Below, piece after piece: positions 1-9,476 of a stretch of 64,000 nt of DNA. The notes below the pieces were generated by a model. That model was not told the origin of the DNA. It saw nothing but the letters and a program-made list of their open reading frames with translations, and did not search any database. A program made the translations under genes and the position numbers. Source of the DNA: Kofleriaceae bacterium (GTDB lineage Bacteria > Myxococcota_A > Polyangia > Haliangiales > Haliangiaceae); assembly GCA_965215005.1 (NCBI GenBank), contig CBDCCZ010000018.1, positions 256,001-320,000 on the forward strand, given 5' to 3'. Each line of letters opens with the position of its first letter. The first letter of the stretch is position 1.

Positions 1-2
1 AC

Positions 3-299
3 GACAGCCAAGGCCGTTTCAATGAGGAGCAGTTCGATCGACTGTTCGCCGATTGGGACAAGAACGGCGATGGCGGCTTGAACGCACTGGAGCTGGCCCG
101 GCGAACCGTGGTGGAAGCGGATCTTTGGGATGTCTTCGGAGTCGTTGCCTCGACTGGCGAGTTTGGCCTGCTGTTCGCCGTCGCCGCGGAAGATGGCAAG
201 CTCAGCCGCGACCGTATGCGCGCGTTCTACGACGGAACGCTGTTCTATACCTTGGCGGAAGAGCGCGAAGGGCAGCCCTGGTGGGGATGGTGGTGGTAG
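3..299 (+). CDS. Caleosin/peroxygenase-like protein, C-terminal part (5' end outside window)
   Basis: The frame is open from base 3: DSQGRFNEEQFDRLFADWDKNGDGGLNALE...DVFGVVASTGEFGLLFAVAAEDGKLSRDRMRAFYDGTLFYTLA. This follows the caleosin C-terminal pattern (D.EGRF...FE..F, D.FG..A...EW.LLY, DG.LF) and has an EF-hand-like DKNGDGGLNALE. Confidence 0.7.
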   Translation, partial: DSQGRFNEEQFDRLFADWDKNGDGGLNALELARRTVVEADLWDVFGVVASTGEFGLLFAVAAEDGKLSRDRMRAFYDGTLFYTLAEEREGQPWWGWWW

Positions 300-314
300 T
301 CCAGTAGCAGCGGC

Positions 315-1337
315 TCACGGCTCGCTCGAGCTTGGATGCACTTGCCGTTTGAAGACTGCATACAAGTAGATGAAGGCGGGAATGACCGCAACGGCGCCGA
401 TGCCGAGGATGACCAGCGAGTTGGCCAATGCCTCCGGCGGCGCCGCGCTATCGTAGATTGTTAGATGGGGCGCAAGCACGTAAGGATACTGCGCCAGGCC
501 CCAACCGAGAAGAATGAGAACCGTTTGCGCGACCGCGAGGGCGCGCGCCCAGCGGTATCTCCGCTTCCACAGCGTCAGCAGCGCTGCCACCGCTACCGCG
601 GCGGTGATGCTGTGGAAGCCGACCGCCCAGCCACTACTCGTCAAGCTCTCGAAGAGCCGCGGCGCATCGCGAAACGCAAGCGCCGCGCTCGCTGCCGCGC
701 ACCCACCCACCGCGACGGCCGCCCCAATCGCGCGACGACGAAAATCATCGACGAGCGCGGCGGTGTCGGCCTCCACCGTCATGTAGACCGCCGACAAATA
801 ACCGCACAACGCCAGCGTGAACGCCCCAATCGCGAAGGGAAATGGCGCCAGCCAGGGCGCGACGAACAGCGCGTAACCGTCGAGCCGATCGTGCATCAGC
901 GGAATGGCGCCGCGAGCGACCGCTCCGGCCACGACGCCGAGCATCAGCGGCGTGACCACGCTGCTGATCGCGAAAACGTGGCTGGCGCGCCGCTGCAGCC
1001 CTTTGGCGCCGGCCGCATAGGAGCGGAATGCATAGGCAGAGCCGCGCAAGACGATGCCAACGAGCATCGCGGCGATGGGAATGTGCAATGCCGTCATCAC
1101 CACCGCGAACGGCTGCGGAAAACACACGAACAGCATCACCACCACCACGATGAGCCACACGTGGTTGGCTTCCCAAATTGGCGCCACTGCGTGGTCCAGA
1201 GCGCGTCGCTGCTCGCCGACCCGCGGCCCCCACGCCAGAAGCTGCCAGATGCCGCCGCCAAAATCGGCGCCACCCGCCAACAGGTAGAGGATCATGCTGA
1301 GGAGGATGACGCCGGCGCACGCCAACTCAAGCGACAT
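315..1337 (-). CDS. cydB: Cytochrome bd ubiquinol oxidase subunit II
   Basis: GADFGGG, PIWEANHVWL and LRG motifs; multi-TM; overlaps the 3' end of cydA. Confidence 0.93.
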   Translation of the reverse strand: MSLELACAGVILLSMILYLLAGGADFGGGIWQLLAWGPRVGEQRRALDHAVAPIWEANHVWLIVVVVMLFVCFPQPFAVVMTALHIPIAAMLVGIVLRGSAYAFRSYAAGAKGLQRRASHVFAISSVVTPLMLGVVAGAVARGAIPLMHDRLDGYALFVAPWLAPFPFAIGAFTLALCGYLSAVYMTVEADTAALVDDFRRRAIGAAVAVGGCAAASAALAFRDAPRLFESLTSSGWAVGFHSITAAVAVAALLTLWKRRYRWARALAVAQTVLILLGWGLAQYPYVLAPHLTIYDSAAPPEALANSLVILGIGAVAVIPAFIYLYAVFKRQVHPSSSEP

Positions 1338-2655
1338 CGCTCGATGCTCCTGTCACCGCGGTGGGCGCCTGAAACACGTGACGTCGGAGCAGGAACACGA
1401 CGATGACTGCCAAGACGAGGTAGAGAAGCGTGAAGACCGTCAGCGGTACCACTAGAGCCGGCATCGACGTCACTGCGTCCGACGTGCGCATGACTCGATA
1501 GATGATCCACGGTTGTCGACCGACTTCAGTGACCACCCAGCCGGCTTGGATCCCGAGAAATCCCAGCGGGCTGCTCAGCACGAGGAGCCACAAGAACCAG
1601 CGCTGATCCGGCACGCCACGTCGCCGCCTCGCCAAGACTGCCGCGATCACCGAGAGCATGACCAACACCCCGCCAATCGCAATCATGAGCTGAAACGCGA
1701 CGTGGACGATCGCCACCGGTGGCCACTCGTCGCGCGGAAATTCCTTCAAGCCGGCGATTTCCGCTCCGATGTCACCGGTCGCGAGGAAGCTGAGCAGGCC
1801 GGGCAGCTCGAGCGCCCAAGGCGTCTGCATTGCGCCCTCATCGGGCCATCCGCCGATTCGCAGCGGTGCTGAAACCTCGGTGTCGAATTGCCCCTCCATC
1901 GCCGCCAGCTTCACTGGCTGATACCGCGCCACGTCTTTGGCCAGGACATCACCACTCAGCGGCATGAGCAACGCTGCGCTGCCACCCACCCACAGTGCAA
2001 TTGCTAGCGCGGCGCGGTCGAGCTCACTACGCGGCGCGCGCAGGAGCCGGAGCGCGTGAATACCTGCCGCGGCAAACCCGATGGCCACGAACGCAGCAAT
2101 GGTCATGTGCAGCGCCTGGCTCGCCCACATCACGTTGAACATGGCTGCAACCGGATCGATGCTGGCGAAGCCGCCCTCGGCGGTGAGCTCAAAGCCGCTC
2201 GGGGCGTTCATCCACGAATTGGCGGCGATGACGAGAACCCCGGAAGCGGTGCCGGAAATCAGCACCAACACGCCTGCCAAGAGGTGCACCCGACCAGATA
2301 CTCGATCCCAGCCGTAGAGATAGATGCCGAGGAAAATGGCTTCGAGGAAGAATGCCAGTCCCTCCAGTGAAAACGGCATTCCTATCACGGGGCCCGCATG
2401 CTCCATGAACGTCGGCCAAAGCAGCCCGAGCTCGAACGACAGCACCGTTCCCGACACCGCCCCCACCGCGAACAGAATCGCGGTGCCGCGGGCCCAGCGC
2501 CTCGCCAGCTCCAAGTGCACGCGGCTGCCGCGGCGTAGCCACCGTGCTTCCGCCAGCACCATGAGCAGCGGCATCGCGATGCCAGCCGCGGCAAAAACGA
2601 TGTGGAACCCCAGCGAGATCGCCATCTGAGATCGAGCTGCGAACAGATCCGACAT
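1327..2655 (-). CDS. cydA: Cytochrome bd ubiquinol oxidase subunit I (short Q-loop)
   Basis: GFHIVF, GAVSGT, AFFLEA, NSWM, QPVKLAAMEG and EVGRQPW motifs. Start set at ATG 2655. Confidence 0.95.
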   Translation of the reverse strand: MSDLFAARSQMAISLGFHIVFAAAGIAMPLLMVLAEARWLRRGSRVHLELARRWARGTAILFAVGAVSGTVLSFELGLLWPTFMEHAGPVIGMPFSLEGLAFFLEAIFLGIYLYGWDRVSGRVHLLAGVLVLISGTASGVLVIAANSWMNAPSGFELTAEGGFASIDPVAAMFNVMWASQALHMTIAAFVAIGFAAAGIHALRLLRAPRSELDRAALAIALWVGGSAALLMPLSGDVLAKDVARYQPVKLAAMEGQFDTEVSAPLRIGGWPDEGAMQTPWALELPGLLSFLATGDIGAEIAGLKEFPRDEWPPVAIVHVAFQLMIAIGGVLVMLSVIAAVLARRRRGVPDQRWFLWLLVLSSPLGFLGIQAGWVVTEVGRQPWIIYRVMRTSDAVTSMPALVVPLTVFTLLYLVLAVIVVFLLRRHVFQAPTAVTGASSDVA

Positions 2656-2712
2656 GTGCGTCAACCGTACCTCAGATGCGCCTACTCAGCGTTCGACGCA
2701 TGCAATTCGCTC

Positions 2713-2728
2713 AGCCAACGCCTTGCCA
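2713..2728 (-). promoter_or_regulatory. Possible sigma54-type -24/-12 promoter upstream of cydA
   Basis: Minus strand TGGCAAGGCGTTGGCT has GG-N10-GC spacing but is an imperfect match to TGGCAC-N5-TTGC. Confidence 0.25.
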
Positions 2729-2794
2729 CAGCGGCAGCCGACAATCGTTCTACAGCTTTCCCGAAGTTGGCCGAGTCTCAGATCCACGGAAATC

Positions 2795-4480
2795 ATGGGA
2801 GCACCAGCAACGCAACTTGCGCCCTCGGACATCGACGGCATCATCACAGAGCGCATCGCCAGCGAGCGCATCAACGTCCCCGCCTTTCCCGAGGCGGTAG
2901 CGCGCCTCCACACGCTCGTGGGTAGCGACCGCTACACCAATGCGGAAGTCGCCAAGATCATAGGAACCGACCAAAGCCTCACCGCTTCGGTTCTGCGCTA
3001 CGCCAATAGCGCCAGTGTGCGTGGCGGTCGCGAGGTGGCCAGCATTCAAGACGCGGTCGCCCGACTCGGCGCCCGCGAGGTGCTCTCGCTGTGCATCGCC
3101 GTTGGTGTAGGCAGTAAGTTTGCCGCCGACGGTCCACTCGCCGAGATTCGCTATGAGATCTGGCGACGTTCGACGTTCAGTGCCGAGTTCTCTCGACGCG
3201 TGGCGCCAAAGCTCGGGGTAGAGCCCGATACCGCGTTTCTGTGCGGCCTGCTGGCGGACTTCGGAAAAGCCATCGCCATTGCATGCGTCGAGGAAAATGT
3301 TGCGGCCGAGTCCACCGAGGCGCAACCCGCTGAGTTCTGGTGGGCCGTCGCCGAGCGTCACGCACATCCGCTCGGCCAGCTCATGGCGAGTAAGTGGCGC
3401 CTTCCGGCCGCGGTCGCCGCCGTGGTCGGAGGCACGGCCAATAGCACGAGCGCTCCCGAGGTAGTGACGCTGGTGCGGCTCGCGCAGATGGCTCACGAGG
3501 TCGCGGAGCTGCTGGATCGCCGTGCGGGTGTAACTGCAGCAGAGCTCGCGGCGCTGCCGAGCATCGCCAACGCGCAGCTCGCCGCGCACATCGAAGCCAT
3601 CGTGCCGACGTTGCCGGAGCTGGTGGTCAACTTGACGCCGGTCATCGAGCCGAGCAAGCGCAAAGGCGGCAAGCTCTCGCTCGTAGAGCCGCCCGACACC
3701 ACCGTCAAAGGCAAGCGATTCGCCGCGCAGATGCCCGTGCACTACCTGCGCGCCGCCAGCGAGCAGCGCTTTACCTGCACCGTGGTCGCGCGCACCGGGA
3801 TGGTCTTCACCGGCGATGCGGCGCTCCCCATCAACATCGTCGCCAAGCTGCGAGTCGAGCACGCACCGAGCTTCGAGTGCTTTGCCCATATCACCCGCTG
3901 CGTCGGTAAAGGCGCCGTAGCCTTCGAGCTCGAGGCCAAGCCGATGGCGCTCGACGGCGCCCTGCGCGAGCGCTGGAACCAAATGGTCGAAGAGCACGTC
4001 CCCGCACAGGACGATACGCTGGGCGCGCCGGTGCGCGATGAATGGTCGGAAACGACCGGTGAGACGCGCCCGATCCGCCCGCGAGCTGCGCCGTTTCCCG
4101 CCATTGCGGCTCACGCGGCGCGAACCGTCACGCCCACACCTTCCGCCAACGACGCCGCGCGTGCCGCTGCCGAGCTGCATGCGGTGCGAGCGTCCCAACC
4201 CGCAGTCAACGATGAGCCACTCGATGAGCTGCTCGCCGCACCGCTCGAACGCGATGTTTCACTTGGCAGCCAGCCCGTCGTCATCAGCGACGGCGGTGCT
4301 GCCCAAGACGCCAAACCCTCGCCTGCCATGACCGCGAAGATTCCGCGAGGCGGCGAGCAAACCGCACAGCTCCGCGGATACGTGACTCTCAACGAGGGCA
4401 AGCGCAAGTCGCATCTAGTGATTGTGCTCGTGGCGATGGCGCTGCTCGCGATCGCGGCCGCAGGCGCTCTCGTCCTATAG
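2795..4480 (+). CDS. HDOD-domain protein with degenerate PilZ-like domain, linker and C-terminal TM anchor
   Basis: VPAFPEAV, DQSLTASVLRYANS, SIQDAVARLG, AFLCGLLADFGK and MASKWRLP. A beta-rich C-terminal domain follows, then the hydrophobic tail LVIVLVAMALLAIAAAGALVL. Confidence 0.85.
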   Translation: MGAPATQLAPSDIDGIITERIASERINVPAFPEAVARLHTLVGSDRYTNAEVAKIIGTDQSLTASVLRYANSASVRGGREVASIQDAVARLGAREVLSLCIAVGVGSKFAADGPLAEIRYEIWRRSTFSAEFSRRVAPKLGVEPDTAFLCGLLADFGKAIAIACVEENVAAESTEAQPAEFWWAVAERHAHPLGQLMASKWRLPAAVAAVVGGTANSTSAPEVVTLVRLAQMAHEVAELLDRRAGVTAAELAALPSIANAQLAAHIEAIVPTLPELVVNLTPVIEPSKRKGGKLSLVEPPDTTVKGKRFAAQMPVHYLRAASEQRFTCTVVARTGMVFTGDAALPINIVAKLRVEHAPSFECFAHITRCVGKGAVAFELEAKPMALDGALRERWNQMVEEHVPAQDDTLGAPVRDEWSETTGETRPIRPRAAPFPAIAAHAARTVTPTPSANDAARAAAELHAVRASQPAVNDEPLDELLAAPLERDVSLGSQPVVISDGGAAQDAKPSPAMTAKIPRGGEQTAQLRGYVTLNEGKRKSHLVIVLVAMALLAIAAAGALVL

Positions 4481-4554
4481 GCGCAGAGATTGACTAATTC
4501 GCCAACCGCAATGCGATCAATGCAGGGCCCCATGCGGGCTCAGCGAGGTGCCCG

Positions 4555-5751
4555 TTGACCAGACTGCCAGCCGAGCTCGATCAGCGCTTCGTACAGCTCG
4601 TGAGCTCCGACCGCGTATCGCTGCCGCCCTACCCGGCTACCGCGGCTCAGCTCTCCCAGCTCGTCGCCACCGATACCTACTCGCTAGCCGACGTCACGCG
4701 TATCGTATCGGCTGATCAAGTTCTCACCGCTGCAGTGCTGCGACGAGCCAACTCCGCAGCAGCCGGCGCCGCGCAACCCACCTCGTCGATCGATCTCGCG
4801 GTTGCTCGACTGGGCGCGCGCGGGGTCTCGTCGTTGGCGATGAGCGTCGGCATCGGTGCGCAAGCCAAGAAGGATGGCCCGCTGATGGCGCTGCGGCGGC
4901 TGGTGTGGCGCCAAGCGCTGCTGGCCGCCGAGTTCTGCTCGCAGCTCGCGACCCATCGCCACTTGCCGCCCGACGAAGCGTTCGTCTGCGGCTTGCTGCA
5001 TGACTTCGGCAAGGTGATCGCCCTCGGTTGCATCGAGACCATCATCGCCAGAAATCCCGCGCCAGCGCTCGCCGCCGACAAGCTGATGGAAGTGATGGAG
5101 GCGTATCACGTCGAGCTTGGATTGGTGATGGCGGCCAAGTGGCGACTGCCGGATGAGGTCGCTCGCGTTATCACCGAGCACCACGCGCCGCCGAGCAGCA
5201 TCGCGCGCTCTGCGATGTCTGAGCTGGTGATGGCAGCCGACTTCGTCGTCGCGTTGCTCGACTCGGCCCCGCGGATCGAGGCCGCCGATTTGCGAGATAT
5301 GCCGTCGCTTCGCGATGACCGCGAGCTCGACTTCGTTACGCGCTCCGCCCTCGAGCTGCCCGCCGTGCTGAGCGAATACGATGCCGACGAGGGGCCTCTG
5401 CGACGCAAGAGCGAGCCGCAACGCGTGGAGCGCGACGCCAGCACGCTGACCACGCCACAGGTTTCGGTGTCGCTGCGAGCGGAATGCAAGAACACGGAGC
5501 TGCGTGCGACCTGTCTCGCCGCCAATGGCGTTGCCCTCAGCAGCCCGGTGCGTCTGAGCGAACAGCAGGTGCTACCGTTCTCGCTCGAGACCGAGCTCGG
5601 TCCGATCGAATTTTTCGCCACCATCACGAGATGCGTGAAAGAAAAGCGCGCTTTCCTGGTCGAGGCGCGGCCCGTGGCGCTGCCCACCCTAGCGCACGAG
5701 CGCTGGCAAGCGCTGCTCAATCGCCATCAAGCAACGCATGCCGTCGCGTAG
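4555..5751 (+). CDS. HDOD-domain protein with degenerate PilZ-like domain (paralog of upstream gene)
   Basis: LPPYP, DQVLTAAVLRRANS, AFVCGLLHDFGK and HVELGLVMAAKWRLP..ITEHH. The C-terminus FATITRC..EARPVAL..RW resembles the upstream gene. Confidence 0.85.
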   Translation: MTRLPAELDQRFVQLVSSDRVSLPPYPATAAQLSQLVATDTYSLADVTRIVSADQVLTAAVLRRANSAAAGAAQPTSSIDLAVARLGARGVSSLAMSVGIGAQAKKDGPLMALRRLVWRQALLAAEFCSQLATHRHLPPDEAFVCGLLHDFGKVIALGCIETIIARNPAPALAADKLMEVMEAYHVELGLVMAAKWRLPDEVARVITEHHAPPSSIARSAMSELVMAADFVVALLDSAPRIEAADLRDMPSLRDDRELDFVTRSALELPAVLSEYDADEGPLRRKSEPQRVERDASTLTTPQVSVSLRAECKNTELRATCLAANGVALSSPVRLSEQQVLPFSLETELGPIEFFATITRCVKEKRAFLVEARPVALPTLAHERWQALLNRHQATHAVA

Positions 5752-5766
5752 CGCGGCGCTCGAGAC

Positions 5767-6960
5767 TCAGCCCCCGTGCTGGGTCTCGATGAACGCGGCG
5801 TGAAGGGCGCGTACGAGCGCATCGACCCGCTCTTCGGCGCAGAACAAGCTCACCCGCAGCGGCGACGTGCTCATCGCGACGATCTCGATGTCGACCGAAC
5901 GTGCGACGGCGCGCGCGCGCTCGAGCTTGTTGGGATCGCCGCCAATCCCATCGCCCACCACCGACACCGCGCCGACGCCTTCGAAGATGCTGAGCTCGAG
6001 CTCGCGCTCGAACCGCGCCCGAACGCTCGGCCAGTCGGGCACGTCCGCCAGTCCAAACCACAAATCAGCAGAGGACATGTCGGTATCGAGGTGCAGCGCC
6101 GGAACCCGCGCCGCTGACGCCGCCGCGAGCACGCGATCGACACAGCTCTCGCCTTCGGCCCGCACCCGCACAAGCTGTTTTTGCCCGGTGACGCCCACCG
6201 CGTCGACGTCGGCTCCCGCACCCGCGAGATCGATGCGCGTGCCGCCGCCCATTTGCGCCGTTGCTCGCGCGTATAGCGCGATGCCCGTGCGGCGAGCGAT
6301 CTCGACGCAGCCTGCGTGCAGGACTTTGGCGCCGTGCGCCGCGAGCTCTAGCATCTCATCGTGCGAGATCGCCTCGAGCATCTGCGCTGCGTCCACGACG
6401 CGCGGATCGGTGGTGTAGACGCCGGCGACGTCGGAGCAGATCTCGCAGTAGTCAGCCCCAAGCGCCGCGGCAAGCGCCACTGCGGTGGTGTCGGAGCCGC
6501 CGCGCCCGAGGGTGGTGACCTCGCGCTTGTACGACACGCCTTGAAAGCCCGCGACGATCACGATTCGCCCTTTTTCGAGCTCGTCTTGGACGCGAATCGG
6601 CCGCACCTCGATGATGCGGGCCCCCGAATGGCGATCGTTGGTGATGATGCCGCACTGGGAGCCGGTGAGCGAGATGGCTTCGTGGCCGAGCTCGCTCACG
6701 GCCATGCTGAGGAGCGCCATCGACATCCGCTCGCCACACGAGAGCAACATGTCGAGCTCGCGCCGCGAGGGCGCTGCGGAGACTTCGCGCGCCTTTGCCA
6801 GCAGCTCGTCGGTGGTCTTACCCATCGCAGAGACCACCACGACCACGTTCTTGCCCTCGGCCTTGGTAGCGACGATTCGCTCAGCAACCCGCTGAAGCTT
6901 ATCGGCGTCGGCCACCGACGAGCCGCCATATTTCTGCACGACGATAGGCTGCACCCGCAT
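5767..6960 (-). CDS. lysC: Aspartate kinase
   Basis: [36 protein letters not shown] and GAKVLH motifs; C-terminal ACT; AAGGAG RBS before ATG 6960. Confidence 0.95.
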   Translation of the reverse strand: MRVQPIVVQKYGGSSVADADKLQRVAERIVATKAEGKNVVVVVSAMGKTTDELLAKAREVSAAPSRRELDMLLSCGERMSMALLSMAVSELGHEAISLTGSQCGIITNDRHSGARIIEVRPIRVQDELEKGRIVIVAGFQGVSYKREVTTLGRGGSDTTAVALAAALGADYCEICSDVAGVYTTDPRVVDAAQMLEAISHDEMLELAAHGAKVLHAGCVEIARRTGIALYARATAQMGGGTRIDLAGAGADVDAVGVTGQKQLVRVRAEGESCVDRVLAAASAARVPALHLDTDMSSADLWFGLADVPDWPSVRARFERELELSIFEGVGAVSVVGDGIGGDPNKLERARAVARSVDIEIVAMSTSPLRVSLFCAEERVDALVRALHAAFIETQHGG

Positions 6961-7082
6961 CTCCTTGCTGGTGACCAGCATATCGCAGTCGCCGCTGCGC
7001 TTCACGTCTTCGCCGTGAGCCACGTGAACACCGCCGCGCGAGTCGTGACGTGGTTGGCGGCCGCCCGGTGATGGCTACAAGC

Positions 7083-8000
7083 TCACGGCAGCTCGCTTGC
7101 CAGGCCGTCTTCGCGCCAAGTTTGCCAGTAGCGCTTGAACCGGCGCTGCAGGTGCTTGGGTCGCTCGGCATAAATCCGCGCTCCGAGGGAAAACGCCTCG
7201 CTGCGCAACACGCGCTGTCGCGCCGTAATCACGCCTGCGAGCAGCTCACGTTCGCGCTCACTGCCGAGGTCACGGCCATCGCCGTCGAGCAGCGCCCGTA
7301 GCTCGACGAGATCGTGATCGTCACCGAGGCATTCGCCCAGCGTCTTCACCTCGGCTGCCCACTTCTTCAGCGGCGCATCCCAAATATTGCGCACCAGCCG
7401 CAAGTGATAGAGATGGTACTTCACGCGCTTGCGCCACTCGTGGAACTGCTCGCCGCCCTCGTCCCGGGTGCAGCGCTCCATCGCCTCGCGGCCGCGCGCG
7501 TACGTCTTAATCAGCCCAGGTCCCACCGCGGCAAAGCGTTTTTCGGAGAGCCGCCAGGTAGCAACCCGCTCGCGGGCGAGCACGAGCGCGTCCTTGGCGA
7601 CGGACAGTTGATCGGCAGGCGATGGCCCGCCAGCAACCACCTCATCGCGGTACTCCTGCAGATCGCCTCGAAGCTCAGAGAACCCATCCCCCAGCTCGCC
7701 CGCAAACCGCGTTTCCAGCGCCGCCACCGTCTCGACGAAGGCGGCTGCATCGCGCGCGTCGCTGAGCTTACGAGCGATATCCCGCAGGCACGCGTTTTCG
7801 TGGTCGTAGCCGTCGAAGCCAGGACGCACCAGGCGAAGCAAGCCGCGCAGCTTCTTGCACCGCTTGCGCACCTGATGCACGGTTTCGTCGACGTTCAATT
7901 CTTCATCGGCTAGCTCCGCCAGCGCCTTGTCCAGCTGCTCGCAAGCAATGCGCCGCAGGCCCTCGGCGACCGACTCGTCCACTTCGAAGCGATAACTCAT
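7083..8000 (-). CDS. CHAD-domain (polyphosphate-binding) protein
   Basis: VHQVRKRCKKLRGLLRL, LSDARD, FHEWRKRVK and LGDDHDL motifs. Confidence 0.88.
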   Translation of the reverse strand: MSYRFEVDESVAEGLRRIACEQLDKALAELADEELNVDETVHQVRKRCKKLRGLLRLVRPGFDGYDHENACLRDIARKLSDARDAAAFVETVAALETRFAGELGDGFSELRGDLQEYRDEVVAGGPSPADQLSVAKDALVLARERVATWRLSEKRFAAVGPGLIKTYARGREAMERCTRDEGGEQFHEWRKRVKYHLYHLRLVRNIWDAPLKKWAAEVKTLGECLGDDHDLVELRALLDGDGRDLGSERERELLAGVITARQRVLRSEAFSLGARIYAERPKHLQRRFKRYWQTWREDGLASELP

Positions 8001-8047
8001 AAACTGCCTTCGTCCTTTCTCACCATGGTGGCACGCTCCTAGGCAGC

Positions 8048-9427
8048 ATGATCGATGATTCCCGAGTTCGCGAGCTCAGCGATGCACCACTAGCCGATGG
8101 CCGCTACGTGCTCTACTGGATGCAGCAATCACAGCGGGCGCGATTCAACCCCGCCCTCGAGCTCGCCGTGCGCCGCGCTCGCGACCTGGGTCTGCCCGTG
8201 CTCGTCGGCTTTGGCCTCATGGACGATTATCCCGCAGCCAACGCGCGTCATTACCTATTCCTCCTGCAGGGTCTTCGTGAGGTCGCGCGCGACCTTGCTC
8301 GCCGCGGCATCGGCTTCGTCATTCGCCGAGGCGCTCCGGCCCGCGTCGCTCTCGAGCTGGCTCGTGAAGCCGCACTCGTCATCTGCGATCGCGGGTATCA
8401 GCGGCACCAAAAAGCGTGGCGACGCGAGGTCGCGGCGGGGGCAGAGCGACAAGTCCTGGAGGTCGAAGGCGATGTCCTGGTTCCGGTGGAAATCGCCTCG
8501 CATAAAGCTGAATACGCAGCGCGCACCATCCGCGGCAAGCTGCGCGACGCCTGGGATTTTTATCTCGCCGGGCTCAGCGAGAGCAAAGTAGGCAAGAGAG
8601 CCGACTCTCTGGCGCTCCAAAGCGACCTCGACCTGCGTGATCCCGCTGCGTGCCTAAAGACCCTCTCCGTCGACCACAGTGTTCCGCCCGTATCGCGGTT
8701 CGTCGGCGGCTATTCGCAAGCACGCAATCATCTAAGGTCCTTCCTTCGCCAGCGTCTGGATGGATACGCCGAAGGCCGCAGTGAGCCTGCTGCCTATCAA
8801 GTCTCGTACATGAGTCCTTACCTGCACTTTGGGCAGATCTCTCCTGTGGAAGTCGCCCTTGCCGTCAAAGAGGCCTCTTCAGGCAGCTCCGACGATCGCG
8901 CCAGCTATCTCGAGGAGCTTCTGGTTCGCCGGGAGCTCGCCGCCAACTTCGTCATGTTCACCGACAACTACGACAGCTACGACTGCTTGCCGAGCTGGGC
9001 GCGCAAGACCTTGGCCGAGCACGCCGATGATGACCGCCCGCACCGGTATAGCCGCCGCCAGCTACAAGCTGCCGCCACTGCCGACGAGTACTGGAATGCA
9101 GCCATGCGCGAGATGACGCAGACGGGATACATGCACAACTACATGCGCATGTACTGGGGCAAAAAGATCATCGAGTGGTCGGGCACGCCGCGATATGCCT
9201 ATGCAACGGCGCTAACCTTCAACAATACGTATTTTATCGACGGCCGCGACTGCAACTCATTCGCCAATGTCGCGTGGTGCTTTGGTCTCCACGACCGAGC
9301 GTGGGCCGAACGCGACATCTTCGGCAAGATTCGCTATATGAACCACCGTGGGCTCGACCGCAAGTTCGACATGCCCGCCTACGTAGCCGCCGTCGATGCT
9401 CTGGTAGCTGCCGAAGCGCACCAGTAG
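8048..9427 (+). CDS. phrB: Class II CPD photolyase
   Basis: VLYWMQQSQR, EYAARTIR, MSPYLHFGQIS, YMHNYMRMYWGKKI and DGRDCNSFANVAWCFGLHDR motifs. Confidence 0.93.
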   Translation: MIDDSRVRELSDAPLADGRYVLYWMQQSQRARFNPALELAVRRARDLGLPVLVGFGLMDDYPAANARHYLFLLQGLREVARDLARRGIGFVIRRGAPARVALELAREAALVICDRGYQRHQKAWRREVAAGAERQVLEVEGDVLVPVEIASHKAEYAARTIRGKLRDAWDFYLAGLSESKVGKRADSLALQSDLDLRDPAACLKTLSVDHSVPPVSRFVGGYSQARNHLRSFLRQRLDGYAEGRSEPAAYQVSYMSPYLHFGQISPVEVALAVKEASSGSSDDRASYLEELLVRRELAANFVMFTDNYDSYDCLPSWARKTLAEHADDDRPHRYSRRQLQAAATADEYWNAAMREMTQTGYMHNYMRMYWGKKIIEWSGTPRYAYATALTFNNTYFIDGRDCNSFANVAWCFGLHDRAWAERDIFGKIRYMNHRGLDRKFDMPAYVAAVDALVAAEAHQ

Positions 9428-9476
9428 CGCGCAATCCCGCGTCGGAGGTAGTGTCCGATCCGGTCGTGGCGCAGCG

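Noticed and set aside
6961..7082. Lysine riboswitch or Thr attenuator upstream of lysC (mini-[26 protein letters not shown] palindrome)
   Set aside because: The spacer is too short for an L-box, there is no SD or terminator for the mini-ORF, and there is no run of regulatory codons.
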